Assembly: GCF_000181795.1 (NCBI RefSeq)
Contig: NW_003526944.1
Location: 5,106,471 to 5,170,470 of the forward strand
From: Trichinella spiralis
Lineage: Eukaryota
Reading direction: 5' to 3'
Length of the DNA: 64,000 nt
In this document: positions 25,391 to 38,436 of the stretch, piece after piece
Position numbering within the stretch: position 1 is the stretch's first letter
How the letters are laid out: each line of letters begins with the position of its first letter
The notes under the pieces: model-generated
The model's database searches: none
What the model was told of the DNA's origin: nothing
What the model saw: only the letters and a program-made list of their open reading frames with translations
Program-made: the position numbers and the translations under genes

Positions 25391-27536
25391 TCAAAATACA
25401 GGAGACCTTGCACTGGAACCGAGCAGTCTATTCAATAAGCCAACTCGTTTGGAATTTGCTGCTATCTCTTCCGGATCACGCATCACCTAAGAATATAATA
25501 ATAAACAAAACAATCAACAATTATTACAAGTTGGTCCATCTGAAAAATTGAGCGCATACAAATATTCGATTGATATACAAAAAAATAATACACATCAATC
25601 ACATACCCTGTCTGCAACGTGCTTGTAAACAAGACCATCGGATCCAACGTAAAAGTGAGAAAATCCGTCGAACCATCTTAAATAAATGTACCATGTAAAA
25701 TTGATTGCATTAAATAATGCATAAATATTGAAATAAACCTGGCGTTTTTGCGCAGCGTTTCAATATCTGCACTTCGCTCACGTACAACAACATAAAGAAA
25801 CTCAGGTACAGTCAGATAAAGCACTCGCCATCGCAAATGAACTGACCCTTCTTCCACAATTGGCATACAATTCAAAACCTAAAAACAAAGTTATTCAGTA
25901 ACTGATAAAACAAAATTTCCTTTTCAAATATAAAATTCATTTCAATTTTATAAATTTTCCAACAACAATTTCCTTGATTTCCAATTCAAATTTGAATCAC
26001 TTACGACACCAATTGACAAAAATTAACATCAAACATTGCCATATAATATCGTTATTTTTACATTCACGTTGTTGACATACATGTACACAAAATAAACAAT
26101 CTGTAAACTGTGTATTTCAAATTCAACTGAAACTCGTAAAATTAAATTTTCAAGTCATACAATGTTGAATCAAATGCACTGCAAACATCGAAAACAAATT
26201 CTTATGAAAAGGAAATTCCTTTGTGCTTCTGAAAGCTTACAACTGTTACAATAAGCATACATTTTTGCACATTTAAACAGTAAAACAACATTTTGCCACT
26301 TTTTTTCATTAGCAAAAACAGTAATCATTTTCATCCTCTATATTTTTTCTTATAAAACTTAATCTGTTAAAAAACATAATAAACTTACTGTAGTTTAAAG
26401 TGCGTATATGAATATTTATCTGATATACCTGTACTCAGTTCATTGACTTATTTGTGTGGCGTGTCAATAACATGAACTACAAATATAAATATACCACATG
26501 ACGCAGTACAATTCTGAGACATCTAGAGCAGTATAAAAAAATTTTTCTTAAATTACTTGCATATGATAAAAAGTCGTACAGAAGAACTATATTATCAAGT
26601 ACGAATTTTTTGTTCTTATTTTAGGGACAATTTCAAAAAAAAGTACAACACGAGTATATGTACAAATTATATACATAAATTAAACAAAAATCGCACAAGT
26701 ATACATTTCGTTACTTACTTTCATCTCTATGTATGGACATGGTATGCGAGAAAGTACGCTTAACGTAGCTAAATGCAACCAGTAATTTCGTAAACCCCTA
26801 AAAATGAAAAATATTGAAAACAGAAAACAAGAATATTTTCATAAGGAAATAAAGATTTATTTACTTGACTTCACTGCCGCAAATACGATTCAAGAACAAT
26901 ACGTCATCGCTGTAAAACGTGTAATCCAGTCGACGAAGAAAAAACGTCGGAACCTAATAAATTTATCAACATTTTAAAAATTTACATCTTTCAGTATATT
27001 TGTAATGCAAGTGAAAAATTATTTAAATAAAATAACAAACCCACCGTCTCACTTAAACGGTAAATAACGTGTTGCAGTTGATCCCAATTTGGCTTTCCTC
27101 TTTCAAAATAATGTGTAGGACTTTTTTCAGTGGAAGAAGACTGATTAACCACCTGAGAATACACGGCACTGAAGTTGAATGAAACTCGTCTCTTAACCAG
27201 AGATTCACTGACACTGTCGTTCTTTGATTTTTTGGACGACAGATTGCGTATTATTGGTATAAAATATGAATTATAATCAGGATAAATGAGAGAATTCGTA
27301 CAAGAGAAAAACGGTCTTCGAAACGGTATGTGAATATCGTCAGAGTTGGCAATGTATGGCTTAAGACATAAACCAAATTCTCGAGGATCAAACTGCGTTA
27401 ATTTCAAAGAGCAAAAGTTAAACGATCTCGCAGAACATGATGGCGCGCTGACATTCATGAAGGATGAATTATTAGCAGCGAGTTGGTGTTGCAGCAAGTA
27501 ACGAACTGTCGATTCTATTGATTTTGAAGGAAACAT
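25391..27536 (-). CDS. C6orf136-like (DUF2358) probable mitochondrial protein (6 exons)
   Basis: Spliced sequence: YRLSET|VPTFFLRRLDYTFYSDDVLFLNRI...GLRNY...|VLNCMPIVEEGSVHLRWRV...WFDGFSHFYVGSDGLVYKHVADR|VMRD. Resembles the C6orf136 core. Confidence 0.8.
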
Positions 27537-28099
27537 TTCAAAATTTTAACAGAGGATCTTTTCAAATAATATATCAGCTTCTCAATCACGGTCACTCACC
27601 ACAGAATGTACTTCTTCACCAAACGCTACAGTAACCTTATTGAAAAATATGTTTAAATTTTTTTATACAACAACAATAGTTTACAACAATACAACAATAA
27701 CAACTTTAACTTATAATAAATTTTGATCAAACACAATTTAATAAACTTAACATTGCTAAACAATTTATATATGTGATATAAAGCAAATTTTTGAAAAAAC
27801 TTCGAAGTTACAAAATAATAAAAATGAAGTATTACATCCACATGTGTTGCATGCAATGCGCACAATAAAATGTAACAAGTATCTTTATTGAAATTAAAAT
27901 TTTATTCGCACAAAAGCAATTCATTTTTTAGCCTACTGTGAGAATTGCAGTACTGTCATTACAACTTATATAAATAGTTCTTTGCAAATCGAACACAGAA
28001 CTTTTTTTTGAAAATTTTCAAACAATTTATTCAATTGACAAACATTTCATTGAACATTTTAATTAGCACACTTTATTAATATAAATATTGCAATAATGT

Positions 28100-29116
28100 T
28101 CAACGCGATTGATTTTCATCTATTAATAGCGAAATATTCATAATGAGATCCCTAAAAAATTGGATATTTTGGTTTAAAAGTTCACACTGCTTTTCCAATT
28201 CCTTTTTCACTTCATCGTACTGCTGCTTCGTTTGTGTAAAAACTTCTCTGCTTTTGCGTTCTTCAGTAAGCTTACGTAGCCATTCATTTTTTCCATCATA
28301 AGTTACAAGATCCTGAAAAAACTGATAATTGCAAACAATTGAACATAAGTTTAAGAAAATAAGGACTTTAAGATGATCTTCTGCATCGGCAGGTAAAAGC
28401 TCTTTTCGATAATCAGCAATTTTTCTATCAATAACTTCTAGACGCTCCAAAATTATATTTACTTGTTTAAGTGATTCATTGATTCTTTGCAGTTTATCTT
28501 GATGCTGTTTTACAGCTTCAGGAGCAGTTGGCAACTGAAAAAAGCAAAAAAAAACAGGATAAATTTCGTCAGTATAAATAAAAGATGATTAACCTGGAGT
28601 GATTTCAATGCGCCACATATATCACATGTCCTGTTGATTACTTCACGAGTGAAATCACGTCCAATAATGCAAAGTGCTAGTGGACCACTCTCGTCGTTGC
28701 TTTGCAAAATTTGCGACATGCTGAAGGCAAAAAATGGGTTGACGGTAAAAGCTTTGCTTCCTTGCGCAGACCAAGCTTCACGTTCTGCATGATGTTCCTG
28801 TTGTGACTCGTCGGCCTGAGTAGTTTTTCCTGGGGCTACGTCTATGTAATTCAAGAAAAATTTGCATAAAACATATAAATTGCCCCTCATTTCATAACTC
28901 ACTAGTAGATTCTGATACAGAGGCCGGCGACGGTGATGGCACTTCTCTGCGACTACCGAAACTGTTCACTAACGATTGTATAGGGCTTGAAACGGAACTC
29001 TGGCCAATCCCTTGTGGATAACCATAGTTCGCATCAAGATTATTGCCATTTGAATTCAACGGTCTCGGCGGTAAAGGAAATGTTTGTATGAACGAGTTTT
29101 GATTCTGTTGTGACAT
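28100..29116 (-). CDS. MED30: Mediator complex subunit 30 (4 exons)
   Basis: PLALCIIGRDFTREVINRTCDICGALKSLQ|LP...QDKLQRINESLKQVNIILERL...FRDLIMNISLL matches the MED30 pattern (LCRIGQETVQDIVYRT...LRNMQLP...LRNLIWDIN). N-terminus is Q/S/P-rich. Confidence 0.8.
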
Positions 29117-31984
29117 TTTAAACGCTAGACAAAGAAAATAAAGAAACAGAGAAAAAACATCAAAATTTGTCACTTTGTATTTTTACCGTAATTAATTTTC
29201 AAGTTACATTACTGTAAAAATTGAGTGCGCGAACATAATTTGCATTTATGTCAGCTAAAATAATAAGATTAGATATAAGATGAATGAAATAATTCCTGAA
29301 ACCTTAAAATATGTTTAATTAACTGAAATTGAAAATACTGTGACCAATTTGGATATAATACATACATACTGATGATTTTTACGCCAATATTTTGTAGAAA
29401 GCCATGAAACAGAATAAGTTTTATTTTTCACGTTATTACATAATAAATGTCAAAGATTAACAAGATTTTATCATGTAATTCTCAACCGTAAAGTTATTTA
29501 TTATGTGCAACATTGCATATGCCTTGTAGACAGAGAATTTTGAGAAGAAACAGACTGAGAAGTGAAGCATAAATAATTTGTAAAAAAGTTTCAAATTTGA
29601 ATTATACATATTAATTTAAAATGTAGCAATTTTTAGCAGTTTAACAAATTGCGGAATACTTTTAGTTTTACAGTTTTCCAAATAGGTGCGTGCGTGCATG
29701 AGCTATTTTTTAATGAGTGCGTTCATCATGAGAATTCCACTACCAATTCAATTGACCTTCCCATAATTACACCTATTATAAAATGACTATTACAAAAGAA
29801 CTATTAAAATCGTAAATAACCACTGTAGATGGAACTTGTACTATTTTACTACTCTATATTGTGTTTAGTTTGAATTTCAAAAAAAACTATACCAAAATTC
29901 AAAAATAGATGGGAAGGCATAAAAGAAGCAACAATTTCATGAACGAAAGAACGAAAACAAGACAGTGCAGAGTTTTGTTGGTTAGCGTTGTGATGTATTA
30001 TGTACCGTTAAAAATGAAAAAATATAAATAAATAATTTTACTACTGTTCTCATTATTTAAAAAATTCAAAAATTGTAACAGTATTTGCCAAGATGATATT
30101 TGCCTACATTTTTCAGCAGATCTTCAAAAAAATCTTCACGCATCTTCACATTAATTAGTTTACAGATAATACAGAAGAATTGGAGTTAGGCATTTCCTGA
30201 AAAAGTTATATACAATAAACTGACGGTCATGTATGCTAAAAATAATTATAATTATAACTTCTTTAACACAAAAAGCAAAAGAATATAAATATTGAGTATC
30301 GACAATAAGTTTATCAATATTTGAATCCAACATTATTAACAGAATTCAATTATGAAATAGAGAACAAACCATCAAATTAGCGTTTGCTTAGTACAAATAA
30401 AAGCAAGTTAATAATAAAAACTACTTACTGCATTTTGGTTGTTTCGACTAAATTTATTAATAAAAAATTCACGAAAATGTGATCAAGTAGCATATCTCGC
30501 CGAATGTGGAAAGCACAAGTAATAATAAAGCTTAAAAATAATAAAACAGTCTGTAATTCTTCTTTTTAATAAAAAAACAATATTTAATTTTCACTGACTA
30601 CATAATGATGTAATTTTGAGATATGAAGATATTTTATATGCATATGAAAGCTGAGCAAAAACTGAAAGCAACACAAATAACAAAAGCATCCACTTTCTAA
30701 AGTCAAAAATATCCCAAACTTATCATTCACTGCCACTGATACAGTTATCAATGTTTCGAAAAATTTTTACAAATGAAAATTTCATTTCTGCTTTCGAAAA
30801 ATTTCAGCAACCACGGCAATGCATATTAAAATTAAATAGCTAGCTCAGTTCACTTATCAAGTATATAATGTTATTTCAAAATTAAAAATCTTAGCACACT
30901 TTATGTCCTTTCAAATGTTAAAACACTGGTTAGTTCTCTCAGATGATAGTGTTAACCGTTTGCCATATTCATCAACATCACTTTAACACACTGCTTTGCA
31001 AATAGATGGAAAAAAACTTTCATTAAATGTATTTCTCTCCGCTTTGTTCATCTCAATTACAGTTCTTATTCAGAATGTTTTCAAGGTTAATATTTGAAGA
31101 ATAATAAATAGTTCAAAATTCGATTTCAAAGTGTGTTAATGTGCTTATTCATTCATCAATCATCATAAAATACTCACAAAACAGAAACCGCTAAAATCGT
31201 TTTTGAAACTAATCTTTTACTTTAAAATGTTGAATCAAATTAAATATCAGTTTAGAAAAAATAAAAGATTAAAAAAGTAATCAAGTATTAATGGAATAAA
31301 TAAAAAGTTACAGTAATCAAAGAAGGAAGTTTGCAAAATCTCATTAAAAAGGCAATAAATATTACACTTTATTCAAAATATGTTATATAATCAATGAAAA
31401 TGTTAAATTTTTATAAATTATTGCTCACACCAAGTAATTTACATAACAATAAGAAAGAGTAAAAAATGAGATGATAAATACGTCAAACAAAAATTGCACT
31501 TTATAGAATATGTATTGCAACATTAATTGCAGCACAGTCTGATTGAATAAAAGAGTTGAATGAAAGGAACAATAGAAAAAATAGAATTTTTTCCTAAAAT
31601 AAAATATTTAGTAAAAATTTTTGTTGCTTCTTTAAATTTTTTGCCATGATTTTAATTGATAAATAATTCATTTTTAAGAAATCAATAAATTTAAGTAGGT
31701 GTAAAATAAAATTAATTAACATAAAAACTTGAAATATTTACAATTTTTAATTAGTTGACATTTTTTTAATCTTCATTGTAAAGGGTTTTTTTACGCATTC
31801 ACAGTTCATTTTAAATGCTTAGCCTTCATTATCATTTATTTGGGTTTACTGTATAAATTTTGCACGAACCTTCATAATGACAGCCGCTGAGCTTCAGTTC
31901 TGCCGTTCTCTGTAAAGTTGAGTTCCTGTTCTGCGTTGCCTTTGAAAAAATACGTTGGGTCGACTGTGCGCCGGTAATGGGCCT

Positions 31985-34900
31985 ATGGGTGCCAAGGCGG
32001 GAAAGCATTCGGCCAGTTTTGCTAGTCATTCATCGCTGAAGCCTGTCCATTTACCGCCTCCGCCTTGCTCATTCCCTGATTCGGCGTTGCTCAATCTTGA
32101 ACCGGGTAAATTTCATCTTGAAAATCAAACCAGGGCAATTTATTTAATATTTTCCCTAAGATCCATTCTTAATATAATTTTTTTGCTTAATTTTTTGCTT
32201 TTCAGTATTTTTGATTGAAAATTTAATTCATTCTTTATTGCAGTTCTCAAAAAGGTAAACTTGTTTAATTTTCCACTGCACTTGTAATGTAGAATATGAG
32301 ATTATAATTTTTGTTCTGCGACTGGCATTATGTGAAATTGGCTGAGTAGTGTAATTGTCAGCTGCCAATTGAAAACTGCCTTGTGTGGAATGATCAGAGA
32401 AGATATTTTTTAAATCACACATATATATGTGCAAGAAAAGTTATAATCTTATGAGCTGTGAGATATTGAAATTTCCATATTTTGCAGATGTTTATAGCAC
32501 CGAGGAGCCTGTGGGCAGCGAATCGTTGAATCAACATTCATTTCCGGTAGATCGGTGGTCATCGAATGAAAATGTAGTCAACGATGGCGAACAATCACCG
32601 TCAGATAGTGGTGGGCAAAAGTTTGTTGCTCTGTTCGACTTCTTCGGCTACAAAGCCGACCAGCTTACTCTTCGCAAAGGTAATTACCGATACTATTGTT
32701 GTAATAATATTTTAATTTCGTCTCCTATTTATGATAATACATTTATTTAGTTGATTATTTTTTATGTATTTTTTCATTAGCTATGTGTAAAGAGGAAAAT
32801 AGTAGGTACCGTAGGTCAACGAGGCGGTCAGTTTCGATCTGCCTCGATTGACCTCAGCTCTCGGGCAGTCTAGGAAATATTGGCCGTCATCATTTTGGTT
32901 AGGGCTTTGCAAGGGCAACGCTACAATAGCTTTAGTGGAGGAATGGAGGCGAATGAATCGATTCTTATTTGAACATATTTATCTTTTTTCTCTTTCAATA
33001 GAGAAGCAGAATTTTGCAATGATTTCACCGAATCAATGATGCTACTTTTATCTAGATGTGCTAGTTGAAACCTTTTACAAGCGCAACAATTTTTGCATTC
33101 CTTTTTATGTTTGACTAACTTTGTCAACATTGAAAAATTGATCAAAGCATTGTTTCATAGCAAACGAAATATTGTACACTTTTCACTTGACTGTGCAGTT
33201 TCGGAATTCAATTACACAAATTTGCACAAGTCTTTTTTTTTTGATACATTTGATCACTGGAGCACATTTTGATTTTATATCTGCTAACTGTTTCAAATGG
33301 CTTGTTTTGTTAAGCATGAAAATGCGTCATTTCTGTTTGCTTTTCAAATGACAAATTCGTCCAGTTCAAAGTATTTGTTCATTGGGTGAAAAATGCGCAT
33401 GAATCATTCATTCATTCATTAGCTGGATGAATCAGAGTGAAATGGAAAATTTGGAATAGAATCTGAAATGTATTATTTCATTTGCAACTGTAGTAAGCTG
33501 TGAAAGGATAAAGTTGATGTCAATAGATGAAAAGAAATTCTCTGCTGTCGAATGAAAAAAAGACAAATTATTTAAAAACTGAAATGATTTAAAATGCTTT
33601 TTATGCTTTCTTGCTTGCTTGAGAACAGAATTTTTAAAAACTTTTTATTATGTCCATTTGAAGCATAATTTATAATGATTAAGAAATTTTTCCAGTTTTT
33701 TCAAGCTTATCGTATATGTTTGCATATTAGTTCAATGTACCGGTGAATAAATTTAAAAATGCATTGAAACAGAAAATGAAACAGTTCTTTCTTTTTCAAA
33801 TAAAATCATTAAATATTTTGTAATTTTCCAATATTTAAATTTACTGTAGCTTTGTGAAGCAGACAACAACGCCTGACATGTGGGTTTTTATGGAACAGGA
33901 AGGCAGATGATCAATTTAGGCGTAGGGCAGCAGCAGGTGAACGGCAAGAAAGGGGAAAGAATTCATTTGGGAATTATGGTCGATTTGAATGGCAATAGAA
34001 AATAGGATGCACCTACGGGGAAAAACGATTGATATTTATCAAATTTCATATGTTAAAAATTTTAAATTAAAAATAAAATTGTTTCTATTCGTGTCGTTTG
34101 TATTGGGTTTTTTTTATTTATAGGCGATCAGATACGCGTTCTTAATTATCACGAAAGCGGTGATTGGTGTCGTGCAGAATTGGTACAACTGAAAAGCGAT
34201 GATAATACTACCACCACTAGCACTGGAGGAGGAGGAGGAGGAGGAGGCGGTGGTCGGAGAGTTGTTGGTCGAATTGGATGGATTCCAAGTGCGTACGTGG
34301 CACCGGCTAATAGCTTAGAGATGCACTTGTGGTTTCATGGCAAGATCTCCCGTAGCGATGCCGAATTTTTGCTCAGTTCAGGTATCAATGGCAGCTTTTT
34401 GGTACGTGAATCAGAATCCTGCCCTGGGCAAGTGTCGGTTTCGTTGCGTTACGAAGGCCGGGTGTATCATTATCGTGTACAAGAGGATGCTGAAGGGAAG
34501 TTATTAATCACCAACGATCACCGGTTCAGCTCCTTGGCACAGCTTGTACATTATTACAGTCGTCAAGCGGACGGTCTTGCTTGCTGTTTGTTGTATCCAG
34601 CTCCAAAAAAAGACACTGCATCGTCGAATTTTTCTCTTACTCAATCACAGCCTGACGAATGGGAAATTGACAGAACAGAAGTAGTGATGAAACAACGCTT
34701 GGGTAAATTTATCCACTGGTATAGGTTAATTTTGGGAAAATATTTTTCAATTTACAACAATTTCAGGTGGGGGACAATATGGAGATGTGTACGAAGCTTA
34801 CTGGAAGCGTTACAACAAATCGGTAGCTGTGAAAACGTTGAAAGAAGACACGATGGCGTTGAATGAGTTCCTTTCCGAGGCGACAATCATGAAAGATTTG

Positions 34901-37900
34901 CGTCACAGAAATTTGGTACAATTGCTCGGCGTTTGTACCCAAGAGCCTCCGTTTTATATCATAACTGAATTTATGATCAACGGCAATTTACTTGATTATC
35001 TTCGCTCAGCGTCGGACTCGTCACAACTTACACCAAATGTTCTCATCTACTTGGCATTGCAAGTTTGCAACGGTATGGCATATATGGAATCCAGAAACTA
35101 CATCCACAGGTAGTTCGTTGAAAATGAATATGAAATTATTATTAATTTTATCATTATTCAAAATAAATTAATTGAATTGTTTTCAAACAAATAATGGTTT
35201 TTCAAAAATTATATTTGTCCAGTTTTAAGTTGAACAACAACAGTTGTCATGTGAAATATGTATGCTACTGGATTTATTCTATGTTTAAATCTGTGTTTTG
35301 TTGTCTATTGCAGGGATTTAGCGGCACGAAATTGCCTGGTTGGGGAAAATTATTTGGTGAAAATTGCGGATTTCGGTTTGGCGCGGTTTATGGCCGAAGA
35401 AACTTACACAGCAAAAGCTGGAGCGAAATTCCCCATCAAGTGGACAGCACCGGAAGGTTTGGCTTACAATACTTTTTCGACGAAAAGTGACGTTTGGGCT
35501 TTCGGAGTGTTGCTGTGGGAAATTGCGACTTATGGTCAGACTCCGTATCCGGGGGTGGAATTCAGTGAAGTTTATACGTTGTTGGAAAAAGGCTTCCGGA
35601 TGGAAAGTCCAGCCGGATGTCCGGCATCGGTTTACCGACTGATGCTGCAGTGTTGGCGTTGGAGTCCGGCCGACAGGCCGACGTTTCGTGAAATTGCAGT
35701 CGCGTTGGATGGATTATTCAACGCGAAACACTTCGACGATGAAGCCGAAGCCGGCGCAGTTGTACAGCACGTGGCGCGTGCTTCACGCCACCACATCTCT
35801 TCGCCTTCCGAAGATCGGGCTCACAGTATGAGTTCGTTTGCAAGGCACAAATCCATTTCTCCGACCAACATCCAGTCGTCCGAAGCTTCAATTCAACGTC
35901 AAACTCACTGCCGAGGTTCGTCAACTTTTACCGGACAACACAACCAACATCCTCCTACACCACCGCCTCGTTCGGCTGTGGATCGTCATCGTCACGTGCA
36001 TCATACACGCGCCGGTTCATCTACTTTGTCCAATGCTGATAACAAATATGCCAAAGAGGCCACAGTGGGGATGAAAGAAAAGACTGTCAAAAAGGTGATC
36101 AATCAGTTTGGTACTTTTCCAAAGGGAAATCGCATCGATGCTTATTTTGACAATTTTCATCAAGATCAGCAAAAGGCGGGTGAGAATATATATATGCATA
36201 CATAATGTTTGTTTTTGGTTTTTTTTGAAAGTGAAATTATTATGATCATAATTCTTGTTATTGGTATTGAGATGGTGGTGGTATTTGGTTTAACATTAAT
36301 TCGTGTGTTTTAACAGGTAAATTTGAAAAAGCAACTTACACCACTGCTGCAGCAGGCAAAAATGATGAGAAGAAATACGTCGGATCGTCGTCGATGTCTT
36401 CTTCGTCGTTGTCGTCGATGTGTTCTTCAGTGTTCACCAACGAACCGGCAGGTTCGTCCAGGAAAAGTTCCACCAGTACCACCAAGTCGGCCCTGAACGA
36501 AGCCAACAAGCCACGCCCGACCAAGTACTCGCGCACAAGCCGCCCCCTGCCGCCGGTCCGTCGGGGTCCACCGGGTGGGGCGGGCGGTGGCTCGTCGTCG
36601 TCGTCGTCGTTCGGCCGGTCGAAGTCGTCGTTTTCCTTCAACAGCGCCAACATCGATGGAAGTGAACCCCCAACGGTGAACAAGACGAACCAGCCGGATG
36701 ATGTCCATCGTGAGAAAAGTTTCCACACAGACACACAGTGGAAAGGTGGAAATTGGCCGAAATTGTCCAGTCGAAAGGCGGCCGTGAGAAAAACGCCTTC
36801 TGGCTTGACCGCAAGTCCCGCCGGTGGTGGTCAGCCGGTGCGCAGTTACAGCCAGCTGTTTGCCAACGATTTGCACAGCACCATTCGATCTTTGAGGCAC
36901 GTCTCCGTGGCCGGCTGTGAAAACAGTGGACGGCGGTCATCTGCCCTCGAAACTGCTCCCAACAAGGGCGTGTTTATGGTAACGGCGGAGCGTGCGAAAA
37001 TTCGTCAACTGAACAAAGTAGCCCCGCTGCCTTACCACCGCACGTTGGATCGAACCGGACAAGTGGCTTCGACCGACCACGGCTATGGTCAATTTTCATC
37101 TCAAAGTGATCATCATTATTATTTATATCTGTTGAAGTGTTCCAATGAAATATGGAAATTTTTACAGATAATTGGAATGACGACGCGAAGCAGCAACGAT
37201 GGTCATATGCGGAACGTTGTAACAACGATAATAGTTCTCAGCCTGCCATAGCAGCTTTGGTGAAGTTGCCCAAGGCAGTAGTGCGTCCGGTGGCACCTGC
37301 TCGTCAAACTGCACTTTCTTCTCCGCTGAACGAATGCTGTTGTCCTTCTTCTTCCTTTAAAGATAATGATGTAAAAAAATGATAATTTTCTTGTTTTAGA
37401 TCAAAATCAAAAATCAGTGTGCATTTTTGTTTTAAGGAAATTAATGGAGAAAATTTTGAACAGAAGAAAAATTTACCTGTCGCAGATTTGTCCGAATTTA
37501 ACAATATTCCCAGTACTACTACTACTAATAATAATAATAGTAATAATGGTAATTGTTGTTCAACAGCAGCAGAAACAACAATCAGTAAAGAAAGTATTGT
37601 TGGCTTGTACAATACAATCAATCTTGGCATTGTGGAATTGAAAAGATCCCAGATGCATTCGAGTTCTGGCTTTATACAACTATCGGATAAATTGCATCAG
37701 TTGAAGCAGATGTGCGGCATTTATGCGGAAAATATTTCTCCGCATGGCAAATTTCGGTTCCGGGAATTGTTGTGCTCTTTGGACGCTTTGGTAAGTCGCC
37801 TGAGATCATCGTCGGCCAGCACCACCACCGACGCCGATGCCACCGACTTGCTCAGAGATATCGACGCCACTGTTCGTGATTTGATATCCTTAGTACAACG

Positions 37901-37904
37901 ATAA
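31985..37904 (+). CDS. abl-1: Tyrosine-protein kinase Abl: myristoylation-type N-terminus, SH3, SH2, kinase, F-actin-binding domain (8 exons)
   Basis: MGAKAGK N-terminus; cap RWSSNEN; SH3 FVALFDF...[10 protein letters not shown]2 WFHGKISR...FLVRESES; kinase [45 protein letters not shown]-terminus [17 protein letters not shown]. Approximate exons: 31985-32105, 32488-32679, 34124-34702, 34768-35109, 35314-36179, 36318-37087, 37169-37370, 37437-37904. Confidence 0.97.
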
Positions 37905-38436
37905 GTTGGTGTTCTTCTCTTCTCTTTTATTTCTCCCCACCCTATAAAGTTTCACTCCAGTTTTTATCCGTTCGTGGGAAAGATGCGAATCAAGATTTAT
38001 TATTCACACGATTCACTGCTTCGTTCGTTGCATCCAATTTATAAAAAATGCTTCTTTATCCATATATCTCTGTTACTTACTGTGAGGGCATTGTTATTAT
38101 TGTTGTTTTTCATTTCCTGTTATCTCATTATTATTATTATTAGCAATCATTATTACTGTTTCGATTTGTTGCTGCTATAGCTTGAATTAGCATCAGCAAC
38201 AACAACAACAACGTTTGTCATCTGCATATTCTTGGACTTCTCGTTCACGTTTTTTCAACATCTGCACAATTTTGATTGATTCGTCATTTTCTTCTTCTTC
38301 TTCTTCTTATATTATTATTATTATTATCAATATTGTTTGTTTGTTGTTGAGAACAAAACAACAACGCTTTGTTTTTTGATGAATTTTGTTTCTTTTTATT
38401 TACTGAGTTGCAGTTCAGTTGGAGCAAATAAACTAG

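Noticed and set aside
35364..37225. Many overlapping alternative-frame and antisense ORFs within ABL
   Set aside because: Expected by-product of GC-rich low-complexity coding sequence.
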